Positions 22,337 to 31,062 are shown, counted from the first letter of the stretch. The stretch is DNA of 64,000 nt from Rickettsiales bacterium (GCA_040507985.1 JBEVNR010000001.1:16098-80097); one strand, 5' to 3'. Numbers and translations are program-made. The notes: generated by a model not told the origin, from the sequence alone.

Positions 22337-23659
22337 ATGACCGTCGTCACGCGCTTCGCTCCTTCTCCCACCGGTTTTTTGCATATCGGCAACGCACGGA
22401 CGTCCATCGCCTGCGGTATGCTCGCGCTGGCTACCAAAGGGAAATATATTTTACGTATCGACGATACCGACGCCGAACGGTCGCGCGAGGAATATGTCGA
22501 CGGGTTACGGCGGGACCTGGCATGGCTTGGCGCCGAATGGTCGGAAGAACAAAGACAATCGGAACGGTTTGACCGTTATAATGCGTGCGTCGAGCAATTA
22601 AAGGCGGAAGGACGCATGTACGCCTGTTACGAAACGTCGGAAGAAATTGACATAAAGCGTAAAATATTGCTCGGACGCGGATTGCCTCCCCTTTACGATA
22701 GGGAAGGCTTACGTCTTTCCGACGCCCAAAAGCGCGCTTTCGAGAGCGAGGGAAGAAAGCCCCATTGGCGCTTTAAACTAAACTCGGCGGAAGCGATTGC
22801 CTGGACGGACGCCGTAAGGGGAGAACTCTCGTTTAACGCCGCCGACCTCAGCGACCCGGTGGTCATTCGCGAAAACGGAACTCCTACCTATTTGTTTCCT
22901 TCCGCCGTCGACGACGTCGACATGGGCGTAACCCACGTCGTGCGCGGCGAGGACCACATTACCAACACGGCCATCCAGATTCAAATTTTTACGGCCTTGG
23001 GCGCCGTTCCCCCGACATTTGCGCATTTGTCGCTGCTCAAAACGAAAGAGGGAAAAATCTCCAAGCGCAAGGGCGGAAACGCGATCAAAGACTTGCGGGA
23101 AGAGGGAGTGGAGTCCGCCGCCGTCGTGTCGTACCTGTCGCGCCTCGGCACCTCTCGCCCCGTCATCCCTCTTTCGGGAATGAAGGAGGCGGCGGAAGAT
23201 TTTTCTTTCTCCCATTTTTCCCGCGCGAGTTGTATTTTTGACCACGAAGAGCTTGAAAGACTGAGCGCAAAAATTGTGCGCGGCTATGAATATGGCGACG
23301 TTAGAAATCGAGGCTCCGTAAAATATGTGGACGAAAGCTTTTGGAACGCGGTGCGCGGCAATTTGTCCCGCGTAAGCGACGCGGAGGAATGGCGAAGCAT
23401 CTGCGCCGACGCCCCCTCCCCCTATCGAGAAGAAGCGGAGTTCTTGCGCGAGGCCGCTTCCCTGCTTCCCGGCGGGGAATGGAACGAAAACACTTGGATT
23501 GAATGGACCAACGTCCTGAAAGAGCGCACCGGGCGCAAAGGCAAGCAATTATTTATGCCGTTGCGCCTTGCCTTAACGGGTAAGGAATCCGGCCCGGAGT
23601 TGGCGGCGCTGTTGCCCGTTATAGGAAAAACCAAGGCAAAAGAAAGGTTGGAGCGATGA
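22337..23659 (+). CDS. gltX: glutamate--tRNA ligase
   Basis: HIGN (HIGH) and KISKR (KMSKS) motifs. I chose the ATG at 22337 (MTVVTRFAPSPTG) because the track extension to 22250 lies inside the palindromic element. Confidence 0.95.
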   Translation: MTVVTRFAPSPTGFLHIGNARTSIACGMLALATKGKYILRIDDTDAERSREEYVDGLRRDLAWLGAEWSEEQRQSERFDRYNACVEQLKAEGRMYACYETSEEIDIKRKILLGRGLPPLYDREGLRLSDAQKRAFESEGRKPHWRFKLNSAEAIAWTDAVRGELSFNAADLSDPVVIRENGTPTYLFPSAVDDVDMGVTHVVRGEDHITNTAIQIQIFTALGAVPPTFAHLSLLKTKEGKISKRKGGNAIKDLREEGVESAAVVSYLSRLGTSRPVIPLSGMKEAAEDFSFSHFSRASCIFDHEELERLSAKIVRGYEYGDVRNRGSVKYVDESFWNAVRGNLSRVSDAEEWRSICADAPSPYREEAEFLREAASLLPGGEWNENTWIEWTNVLKERTGRKGKQLFMPLRLALTGKESGPELAALLPVIGKTKAKERLER

Positions 23660-23736
23660 CGTCATGGCAGGGAAAGGTTTCCTGCGAAAGCCCCAATATG
23701 AAAGTATGCTTTGCGCAAAATTTGTTTTTTGCCTAG

Positions 23737-23825
23737 ATTCCCGCTTTCGCGGGAATGACAATGTTTAATTTTTTATAATCTTGTTAATTCATGTTTTTGC
23801 CCTGAGACGTATCGCGTCAGTCTTA
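23737..23825. repeat. hairpin + AATTCATGTTTTTGC module fused to an AGGACT-type terminal fragment
   Basis: ATTCCCGCTTTCGCGGGAAT hairpin, AT-rich spacer, TTAATTCATGTTTTTGC, then ACGTATCGCGTCAGTCTTA, which is the right terminus of the 22153..22297 family. Confidence 0.7.
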
Positions 23826-23984
23826 TTTTATGTATTGCGCCTTAACGTAAAGAGTGATACTTAAATTTACATGTTCGCTTCCTTCTTCGGTTTTACCCTT
23901 TAAACCTTGCCGAAGATCCTATTTGTCTCTGCCGCATAGCAAGCATCGCTACCTCTTTGCGTAACCAACCGCTACATACTCGCA

Positions 23985-24962
23985 ATGGGAGGAGGATCAC
24001 CGAACGATAGCGGTCCCTCTCCGGTGAGGAACGATCAAGAAATGGAGGGGTGGGAACATGTTGACAACACGTACCCTGTTCCTTCAGAGGAATTCAGTGC
24101 ACGCTACCCGGACTTCGTTACGAAGCTAACTGAAAGCCCCATGAACGTTCGCCTTACGGATGTTCTTTTGATATGGTTCAGCGATTCTGATTTTTCGAGC
24201 TTTTGGGCTGAACTCAAGAAATGGCAGGAAAGCCAGAAAGCGTCGAATAGATTGAACTCTGACAAGAAACCTGCTTCTCAAGCCCCTCAACAACCTAAGG
24301 CTTCTAAGAAGCCTGCTTCTCAACCCCCTCAACAGCAGCTTAAGGCTGCTACCAAGCTTACTTCTTCTGACACTCGGCAGCAATTCTATCTTCCGAATCC
24401 AAATGGACAGCCTGTTCAATCGCAGCAATCTTACGTGGTTCGTAGTCAGCAGTCTATGATTTATCCTCAGGGCAATCAGACTAATGTCGCCTCTTTGAGC
24501 TATCCTCTTCAGAGCACGTTGCCGCAGGTTATGCCGAATATTCCGATTCAATCTGCCCGGCCGCCGCAGCAGCCTCTTCCGGTTTCGGCTGCGCCGCCTA
24601 TGACGGCAAAGAATATTCCGATTCAATCTGCCCGGCCGCAGCAGCAGCCTCTTCCGGTTTCGGCTGCGCCACCGCCACCGCCACCGCCACCGCCATCGCC
24701 ACCGTCAGTTCAAAATCAGCTTATTACTCTACGACAACAATTTGCAGTTGTTAGCTTGAGAGATGAGAAAAATTCCCATAGAATCAACGTACAGTCCCAT
24801 CAAATTTCCATGTTAACGGGTCTCATTCAAGAGCTTTTGCTATGTGACAAGATCGATATACCGAAATGTTTTCTTATGAGTGCGGGAGCAACCATTCAGA
24901 AAATCAAAAGTTCATCGCCCTCGCCTTGCTGCTCCCATGATGATTCGGATGGCGATGATTAG
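23985..24962 (+). CDS. Pro/Gln-rich tandem-repeat orphan protein
   Basis: 325-aa ORF in an AT-richer islet. It has 14-aa (KKPASQxPQQ) and 25-aa (NIPIQSARPxQQPLPVSAAPP) tandem repeats, a PPPPPPPPPSPPS run and an acidic C-terminus. No signal peptide or known domain recognised. Confidence 0.55.
   Translation: MGGGSPNDSGPSPVRNDQEMEGWEHVDNTYPVPSEEFSARYPDFVTKLTESPMNVRLTDVLLIWFSDSDFSSFWAELKKWQESQKASNRLNSDKKPASQAPQQPKASKKPASQPPQQQLKAATKLTSSDTRQQFYLPNPNGQPVQSQQSYVVRSQQSMIYPQGNQTNVASLSYPLQSTLPQVMPNIPIQSARPPQQPLPVSAAPPMTAKNIPIQSARPQQQPLPVSAAPPPPPPPPPSPPSVQNQLITLRQQFAVVSLRDEKNSHRINVQSHQISMLTGLIQELLLCDKIDIPKCFLMSAGATIQKIKSSSPSPCCSHDDSDGDD
24264..24347 (+). repeat. 42-bp period coding tandem repeat (2 copies)
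   Basis: AAGAAACCTGCTTCTCAAGCCCCTCAACAACCTAAGGCT followed by AAGAAGCCTGCTTCTCAACCCCCTCAACAGCAGCTTAAGGCT. Confidence 0.85.
24537..24673 (+). repeat. 75-bp period coding tandem repeat (2 copies)
   Basis: AATATTCCGATTCAATCTGCCCGGCCG...CAGCAGCCTCTTCCGGTTTCGGCTGCGCC occurs at 24537 and again at 24612, nearly identical. Confidence 0.9.
24668..24704 (+). repeat. hexanucleotide (ACCGCC)n tract encoding the poly-proline run
   Basis: GCC ACCGCC ACCGCC ACCGCC ACCGCC ATCGCC ACCG, in frame within the orphan ORF. Confidence 0.9.
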
Positions 24963-25226
24963 CGCTTCAGAATCCGTCATTTCGTCGTTGAACGTTGCCG
25001 TGAAACGGATGGACCGGGATAGGATGGCGTTGCTTTTCGTGTGCTGCTTGCTGCTTTTTCATTTCCTTGGATTGACGTGTGCGAATATCTTGCGGGCAGG
25101 CTCCGCTTCCACGCTCGTTTAATTAGGTAGTTTCCTTTATTCGTGATAGGCGTTCTTGGATGACGACGACGCACGCAATTGCCTGCGCGTTCAAAAAAAG
25201 AGAAAAAAGAAAAAAGCGTGCCGCGT

Positions 25227-26618
25227 ATGGCTTCCCCTCCCAAAGTCAAAAAACAATATCGCTGCGTGGAATGCGGCGAAGTGCAACCCAAATGGCAGGG
25301 CCAATGTCCGGGGTGCGGCTTGTGGGACAGCTTTGCCGAAGAGGAGACGGAAAAAACCTCCTCGTCCGCGCGCGGCGTGGGAGCGGCGCTCGCCTTCGTG
25401 CCTCTCGACGCCGAGGCGCAGGCGCCGGACCGATTTCCGTCCGGATTAGCGGAACTCGACCGCGTGCTGGGCGGCGGCGTGGTGCGGGGAAGCGCGGTGC
25501 TGCTCGGCGGCCAGCCGGGCATCGGCAAATCGACGTTGCTTTCCAAAACGCTGGCCGAGACGTCGGAAGACGGCGCTCCCGCCGTGTACGTGTCGGGGGA
25601 AGAATCGGCGGAGCAAGTGCGCATGCGTTTCCGTCGCCTTAAACTGGACGCGACGAAGTTGAAGTTTCTGGCCGGCGCCGAGATCGAGCGCATCGTCGCC
25701 GCGCTGGACGGGTTGCCGCGCGTCAAGTTGCTGGTGATTGACTCCATTCAAACCATGTTTAGCGCGCGCGTGCCGTCGGCGCCGGGAACGGTCGCGCAGG
25801 TGCGCGTCTGCGCCAACGATCTGGTCCGCTATTGCAAGCGGCGCGATGCGGCGTTGGTGTTGGTCGGCCACGTGACGAAAGACGGCCAGATCGCCGGTCC
25901 GAAACTCCTTGAGCATATGGTGGATACGGTGCTCTATTTCGAGGGAGAGGACAGGGGGCATTTCCGCATGGTGCGCGCGGTGAAAAACCGTTTCGGCGCG
26001 GCCGGCGAAGTCGGGTTTTTCGACATGCAACCCGACGGATTGAAAGAGGTGCGCAATCCCTCCGCCTTATTTTTGTCGGCCGGCGGGGGATGCGTGGCCG
26101 GCGCCGCCGTCTGCGCCGGCATGGAGGGGAGCCGCCCCATTTTGCTGGAGGTGCAGGCGCTCGCCGCCAAAACCAACATGGCCACGCCCCGCCGCGCGAC
26201 GGTGGGGTGGGACCCGAACCGCCTCGCGATGATGCTCGCGGTGTTGCAGGTGCGTTGCGGCGTATTTTTGGGCGACAGGGAAATTTACCTTAACGTTGCG
26301 GGGGGCGTGAAGATTACCGAAACCGCCGCCGACGCCGCCGTGGTCGCCGCCCTGCTTTCCTCTTACTACGACAAGGCCTTGCCCAAAGGCTGCGCCGTGT
26401 TCGGCGAGGTGGGGTTGTCCGGCGAAATTCGCATGACGGGCCACGCGGCGGCGCGCGTTAAGGAAGCGGTCAACGCCGGATTCCTGCATATTCTTTGCCC
26501 GCCCCTGCCGGAGGGGATGGAGGAATCGTTAAGCGAATCGTGCAAGGAGCGCAGCGGCAAGGTTCCGACGATCTCCGTCGTGCGGCACGTGCGCGACGTG
26601 GCCGCCTTTATCGGTTAG
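25227..26618 (+). CDS. radA: DNA repair protein RadA/Sms
   Basis: Zinc finger CVECGEVQPKWQGQCPGC, Walker A GQPGIGKST, the KNRFG motif and a Lon-like C-terminal domain. I prefer the ATG at 25227 (MASPPKVKKQYRC). Confidence 0.95.
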   Translation: MASPPKVKKQYRCVECGEVQPKWQGQCPGCGLWDSFAEEETEKTSSSARGVGAALAFVPLDAEAQAPDRFPSGLAELDRVLGGGVVRGSAVLLGGQPGIGKSTLLSKTLAETSEDGAPAVYVSGEESAEQVRMRFRRLKLDATKLKFLAGAEIERIVAALDGLPRVKLLVIDSIQTMFSARVPSAPGTVAQVRVCANDLVRYCKRRDAALVLVGHVTKDGQIAGPKLLEHMVDTVLYFEGEDRGHFRMVRAVKNRFGAAGEVGFFDMQPDGLKEVRNPSALFLSAGGGCVAGAAVCAGMEGSRPILLEVQALAAKTNMATPRRATVGWDPNRLAMMLAVLQVRCGVFLGDREIYLNVAGGVKITETAADAAVVAALLSSYYDKALPKGCAVFGEVGLSGEIRMTGHAAARVKEAVNAGFLHILCPPLPEGMEESLSESCKERSGKVPTISVVRHVRDVAAFIG

Positions 26619-26623
26619 ATACG

Positions 26624-27451
26624 CTATATCGTCGGCAATTCAAAGATAAGCGTGCATCCGGGAGCGTCTAAGGCAAGGCTGTAGACGTCGTCGGAGGTGG
26701 CGTCGGCGCTGTCCGCGCCCTCTAAGTGGCAGGCGGTCACGGAACCGTCGCTGACGTACGTGTCGGGATCGCTCGTGCCGGGGTCGCGTGCGCGCACCGA
26801 TCCGGTATAAGGCATGCCGTCGTCGATTTTAGAATCTATGTCGGCGGCGTCGCGCGGGGCGAAGGTGGCCGTGGTGTCGTAGGCGTCGTCCGCTTGCGCG
26901 CCGGTGACGCCCGCGACCAGGAAGTTGCGGTTAAGCGCGGTGTACACGCCCCAGCCGCTCGCGCGCGCCTTCACGCGCGGCATGTTTTCGTCAATGACGT
27001 TATTCACCGTCGCCGACGGGGTGGTGCTTTCGTATCCGTCGAAGCTGCCTGCGATCAAGTGCGTTTCGCTTAGGTGCATCCAGAAACACCCGACTTCGCC
27101 GTCGAACGTTTCCTTGGCGCCGTCGGAATTGTCGGCGTCTTGTATCAATCCGTCGCCGTTGCCTAAGCCGATCGCGCTGCTGTCGCAGTTGGTGGGCGTC
27201 AACCCGAAACTCGCGGAATTGCTGATGTCGCCCGGTATTTTATTCTGATAGCGCGTGGCGAAGGTTTGGTAGCCGGTGCGCACGTCGTTATATTGCGCAG
27301 TGATGGAGCGCAACTCCGCCGCGCGGATGATGTCTTGCCCGACCAGCACGCTGGAGATGATAAGCCCGATAATGACCAACACGATGGCAAGCTCGACGAG
27401 GGAGAAGCCTTGCGCGTCCTGTCTGCGGGAAAGAAGGGAAGGAGTGCTCAT
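26624..27451 (-). CDS. prepilin-type N-terminal cleavage/methylation domain protein (paralog 2)
   Basis: 15-aa leader ending in G, then FSLVELAIVLVIIGLII. Shared family motifs: YQNKIPGD, GNGDGLI, IDSKIDDGMPYTG and C-terminal PGCT. Confidence 0.8.
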   Translation of the reverse strand: MSTPSLLSRRQDAQGFSLVELAIVLVIIGLIISSVLVGQDIIRAAELRSITAQYNDVRTGYQTFATRYQNKIPGDISNSASFGLTPTNCDSSAIGLGNGDGLIQDADNSDGAKETFDGEVGCFWMHLSETHLIAGSFDGYESTTPSATVNNVIDENMPRVKARASGWGVYTALNRNFLVAGVTGAQADDAYDTTATFAPRDAADIDSKIDDGMPYTGSVRARDPGTSDPDTYVSDGSVTACHLEGADSADATSDDVYSLALDAPGCTLIFELPTI

Positions 27452-27482
27452 ATGGGTCGCCTTCGGTTGGATATTGCGGTAT

Positions 27483-27624
27483 AGGACTTACGCGAAACGT
27501 CGTCTTTTTGGTAATTTTTGCGTTGCCTTCGTACTCGAAGCCTTATGTAGATTGACTACACGGCGGCTTCTGTGTGCGAAGGCGCCTAAAAATTCCTCAA
27601 AAATACTCGTTTCGCGTAAGTCCT
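27483..27624. mobile_element. AGGACT-type MITE-like palindromic element
   Basis: Termini are AGGACTTACGCGAAACG... and the reverse complement of ...CGTTTCGCGTAAGTCCT. It fills most of the 184-nt spacer between the two tandem pilin-like paralogs. Confidence 0.8.
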
Positions 27625-27635
27625 GGCTGTAAAAT

Positions 27636-28397
27636 TTATATGCGCATTAACACGCTAAAGGTGCAAAGCGGATCGTTCAAATCGACGTTATAGTCGCCGT
27701 CCGCTCCCGCCGCGCTGACGCATAACGCTGCCCCCGCGCCGGGATTGGTCAAGGGGTTGGTCGCGTTTTGGCCGCGCGCGCGCAAAATTCCCCTGCCGGG
27801 ACGCCCGTCGTCAATTTTCGAGTCGATGCTGAGCATGTCTTTGGGAGAGAGAATGTTTTCCGTGTACCACGCCGCGCTGCTGCCGTTATCGGCGGCGCCG
27901 TAGATAAAGTAGTTCTCTCCGGTCGACAGGGAAAACGTTCCCCAATATCCGCCCTGTTCCGATTGCGGTAAAATCGTGCTTATGTCCGCGCTATGCACCG
28001 CCCCGCCGGCGTACGATTCCGGAATAAGCCCCGCGCCGCTGCCGCCCAAATGGTTCCAAAAGCGCGTGTATTCCCCGCTGTGCAACGAATAGTTTCCGGC
28101 GGCGTCTTCAAGCAACCCGTCTTCGGTCGTTCCCGCTTCCGCCACCCCAAAACCGAAGCGGACGTCGGCCCGCACGTCGCCGGGAAGGCCGGAATATTTA
28201 TCCCTAAACGTGGCCGCCGCCTTGTTGAACTCCTCGTATTGCGACGCGAGGGCGCGCAATTCCGCCGACCTGACTAAATCTTGCCCCACAAGCACGCTGG
28301 AGACGATAAGACCGATGATGACCAATACGATGGAAAGCTCGACCAACGAAAAACCGGCGGAGCGCCGCTTCGATTCTATCGATAGATAATGGGCCAT
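27636..28397 (-). CDS. prepilin-type N-terminal cleavage/methylation domain protein (paralog 3)
   Basis: 15-aa leader ending in G, then FSLVELSIVLVIIGLIV. Shared family motifs: YSGLPGD, FWNHLGGSGAGLI, IDSKIDDGRPGRG and C-terminal PLCT. Confidence 0.8.
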   Translation of the reverse strand: MAHYLSIESKRRSAGFSLVELSIVLVIIGLIVSSVLVGQDLVRSAELRALASQYEEFNKAAATFRDKYSGLPGDVRADVRFGFGVAEAGTTEDGLLEDAAGNYSLHSGEYTRFWNHLGGSGAGLIPESYAGGAVHSADISTILPQSEQGGYWGTFSLSTGENYFIYGAADNGSSAAWYTENILSPKDMLSIDSKIDDGRPGRGILRARGQNATNPLTNPGAGAALCVSAAGADGDYNVDLNDPLCTFSVLMRI

Positions 28398-28609
28398 GCC
28401 GTTTTCCTATTCGCGGGAAATTGAACTATTAGCACATAGTAACGGAGCTTAATTTAAGAAACCGTTAAAAGGGCGAAGGCGCGCCGAGATTTTTACCGAA
28501 GACGGCGACCGGCGGTAAGCTATGGTCGCTTATAAAAAAGTCTTGCATAAATCGCGTATTTGGCAAAGTATCTGCCCAATCCGTTAAATATATTAGGTAT
28601 GATGTCGCT

Positions 28610-29638
28610 ATGACGCCTATGCTTCCCTCCTCGCATCTTTCCGCCTTATGGAAAAAAGGAACCGATTTTTTAGGAACGCCCTACGCGGTCATGGGTGGGG
28701 CGATGAGTTGGGTATCGGAAAGAAACCTCGTCGCCGCCGTCTCCGACGCCGGCGCCTTTGGGGTGATCGCGTGCAGCTCCATGACGCCCGACCTGCTGGA
28801 AGAAGAAATTGCCGCCGCCAAAGCCTTAACCTCCAAGCCTTTCGGCGTGAACCTCATCGTCATGCATCCAAAGCTGGACGAGCTTGCGGACGTATGTTTG
28901 CGCCAAAACGTATCGCATATCGTCCTTGCGGGAGGGTTGCCGTCCAAAGCGTTGATCGATAAAATTCAGCGCGCCGGATCAAAGGCGATCGCGTTCGCTC
29001 CCGCGCTTCCGGCGGCGAAGCGGCTGGCGCGATTCGGCATAGACGCGCTGGTGATAGAGGGGTCGGAAGCCGGCGGGCATATCGGGCCGACGTCGACCTC
29101 GGTGTTGTGCCAGGAAATACTTCCCCACATGGCGCACGCATTGCCGATTTTCGTCGCCGGCGGCATCGGCCGGGGAGAAGCCGTCGCGGCGTATTTGCGC
29201 ATGGGCGCGGCGGGCGTGCAGATAGGCACGCGACTGGTCTGCGCCACGGAATCCATCGCCCACCCCGCCTTTAAGCGCGCCTTCGTCAACGCCCACGCGC
29301 GCGACGCAGCCGTGACCGTGCAACTGGACCCGGATTTTCCCGTCATTCCCGTGCGCGCCTTAAAAAACAAGGCGACGGATTTATTTATGCAGGCCCAAAA
29401 AGACGCCATATCGGACTATAAATCGGGAAAACTATCGAAAAACGAGGCCGCCTTGCAGATAGAGCATTTCTGGGCGGGCGCATTGCGTCGCGCCGTGATC
29501 GACGGCGACGTGGAAAACGGATCGCTCATGGCCGGGCAAAGCGTGGGCATGGTGGAAAAAGAAGAGCCGACGCGCGATATTTTAGCGCGGCTCGTTCGCG
29601 AAACGGAGGACGCCCTTCGGGCAGGCCCCATGTCATAG
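28610..29638 (+). CDS. nitronate monooxygenase / FabK-like FMN oxidoreductase family protein
   Basis: 342 aa. GGAMSWVSERNLVAAVSDAGAFGVI and IEGSEAGGHIG are typical of the NMO (2-nitropropane dioxygenase) TIM-barrel family. Confidence 0.85.
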   Translation: MTPMLPSSHLSALWKKGTDFLGTPYAVMGGAMSWVSERNLVAAVSDAGAFGVIACSSMTPDLLEEEIAAAKALTSKPFGVNLIVMHPKLDELADVCLRQNVSHIVLAGGLPSKALIDKIQRAGSKAIAFAPALPAAKRLARFGIDALVIEGSEAGGHIGPTSTSVLCQEILPHMAHALPIFVAGGIGRGEAVAAYLRMGAAGVQIGTRLVCATESIAHPAFKRAFVNAHARDAAVTVQLDPDFPVIPVRALKNKATDLFMQAQKDAISDYKSGKLSKNEAALQIEHFWAGALRRAVIDGDVENGSLMAGQSVGMVEKEEPTRDILARLVRETEDALRAGPMS

Positions 29639-30454
29639 CAACGCCTGTACGCCCGGCACGTGCGGTTCGCCGCGAAAATTCACGGCGTTGTCATAACGCG
29701 ACATACACGTGGAAAAATATTTGTCGCACCCCGGCGATAGGGTGGCGGCGTCGCCTTGGGCGATAGGAAAAGGGCATGATTCCCCGAGCGTCACCCTATT
29801 TTCCGTTACGCTTGCGACGGAAAATACGGCGCCGGCGTTCGCTCCGCTCGTGAATTTTGCCTTGCCGCAGCGAAAGGCGGCGGCGTTTTCGGGAGCGTCG
29901 GAAAAAACGAACGCGCGATAGGCGTCTTCCCCCTCCTCCGTCACCTCGCCCGACACGGAAAGCGCGTCAAGGTCGACGCCGCATCGCGCGTCGCCAAGGG
30001 CCGCGCGGCACAAAGGCGAGAAGCGCGCCATATGTATAAGGGAGGCGCGCGCGCCCATGCCGGCAACGCCAAAGGCGAAGCGTCCGTCTTGCAGTTTTGC
30101 CTCGACGACGATTCCGCGCATGACGTCTGCCCGTCCGTATTCGGGAAAAAGCGGCGCGACCATAAAACAGCGCATGTCGGCGCCGTCAAAAAGCCCTTTG
30201 CTTATATCGTCTTCGGGCAGGCCTTTCCCCGAAAAACGCATCGCCCCGGCGTCCGTTCCGCGCGAGAGCGTCACGTCGCCGTCAAAGGCGGGCGCGTAGC
30301 CGGCGCCGTAGGTTTCTCCGCCATGGACGACGTCGCGGTCAAAGTCGCACATGCGGAACGTTTCTCCGTCTACGCGCGAAACGACCCAGCAATGGCACAA
30401 TATGTGGGCGGAGTTGCGCATATATTCCGTTAACGAGGGCGATATGGCGTGCAT
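29633..30454 (-). CDS. GTA/phage tail-module protein, RcGTA g13-like (DUF2163 + BR0599-type C-terminus)
   Basis: HCWVVSRVDGETFRMCDFDRDV...GETY pattern and C-terminal CDKYFSTCMSRYDNAVNFRGEPHVPG. I prefer the ATG at 30454, which is preceded by AAGGAG embedded in the last codons of the upstream gene. Confidence 0.78.
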   Translation of the reverse strand: MHAISPSLTEYMRNSAHILCHCWVVSRVDGETFRMCDFDRDVVHGGETYGAGYAPAFDGDVTLSRGTDAGAMRFSGKGLPEDDISKGLFDGADMRCFMVAPLFPEYGRADVMRGIVVEAKLQDGRFAFGVAGMGARASLIHMARFSPLCRAALGDARCGVDLDALSVSGEVTEEGEDAYRAFVFSDAPENAAAFRCGKAKFTSGANAGAVFSVASVTENRVTLGESCPFPIAQGDAATLSPGCDKYFSTCMSRYDNAVNFRGEPHVPGVQALL

Positions 30455-30459
30455 GCGCG

Positions 30460-31062
30460 CTACTCCTTTATTTCGATCAGGCGAACGTCGTTCCAAAAAT
30501 AGCGCTCTCCCACGTCCGAACGCATCGCCAGCGCGTCGACGTCGAAGCGCACGGGAACGTCGAAGGTGAAATCGGCGGAGATGACGGCGCCATCCGCCGG
30601 CGGCAAGGCGAACGTCACGACCCCCGTCGCGACGTTCATGGAATATCCGCTTAGCAGGGGAGCGTCGTTGACATAGATCGCAAAATCGTCCGCCACCGGC
30701 TTGGCGATGATACGAGCGTCTCCCTCTTCCGCGCCCTCATAGGTTTTTATCAACGGAAAAGCGAGGGTTTCGCCGTCGCCTTCGCCGATCATTTGCCCAT
30801 CGGCCCGGCAGTCGCTTTTGTCGCGAAACCGGAATCCGTAGGCGCGGCCCTTCCGGGCGCGGAAAAAGGCGATAAGCGCGTCGCGTTGCTCGGCGTTGCG
30901 CACGCCGCACCCCACTTCGTATTCGATATATCCGCTGCGGGCCCGAACGGCGCGAGACTCGACGCCTCCCCGCCGCCGCACCACGTCGACGTCGAAACGC
31001 GGACCTCCCACGGCGCCGGCGGCAATGTCTATCGGAAAGGAAACGTCGTGAAAACCGCTCAT
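30460..31062 (-). CDS. GTA/phage tail-module protein, RcGTA g12-like (DUF2460)
   Basis: MSGFHDVSFPIDIAAGAVGGPRFDVDVV...ALIAFFRARKGRAYGFRFRDKSD is the characteristic DUF2460 N-terminal pattern. Confidence 0.78.
   Translation of the reverse strand: MSGFHDVSFPIDIAAGAVGGPRFDVDVVRRRGGVESRAVRARSGYIEYEVGCGVRNAEQRDALIAFFRARKGRAYGFRFRDKSDCRADGQMIGEGDGETLAFPLIKTYEGAEEGDARIIAKPVADDFAIYVNDAPLLSGYSMNVATGVVTFALPPADGAVISADFTFDVPVRFDVDALAMRSDVGERYFWNDVRLIEIKE

Noticed and set aside
24264-24704. Regularly spaced repeats considered as a possible CRISPR-like array
   Set aside because: The repeats are adjacent, in-frame coding tandem repeats (42-bp, 75-bp and 6-bp periods) within one ORF. There are no unique spacers and no cas genes in the window.
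24700-24962. C-terminus of the Pro/Gln-rich orphan as a WH2-central-acidic (actin nucleation-promoting) module
   Set aside because: The layout (proline run, helix, acidic tail) is suggestive. However, there is no LKKV-type WH2 motif and no tryptophan in the acidic tail, so the call cannot be supported.
25179-25226. Lys/Glu-rich N-terminal extension of radA (MPARSKKEKKEKSVPR)
   Set aside because: It derives from an A-rich tract. RadA normally starts a few residues before the C4 zinc finger, as with the ATG at 25227.
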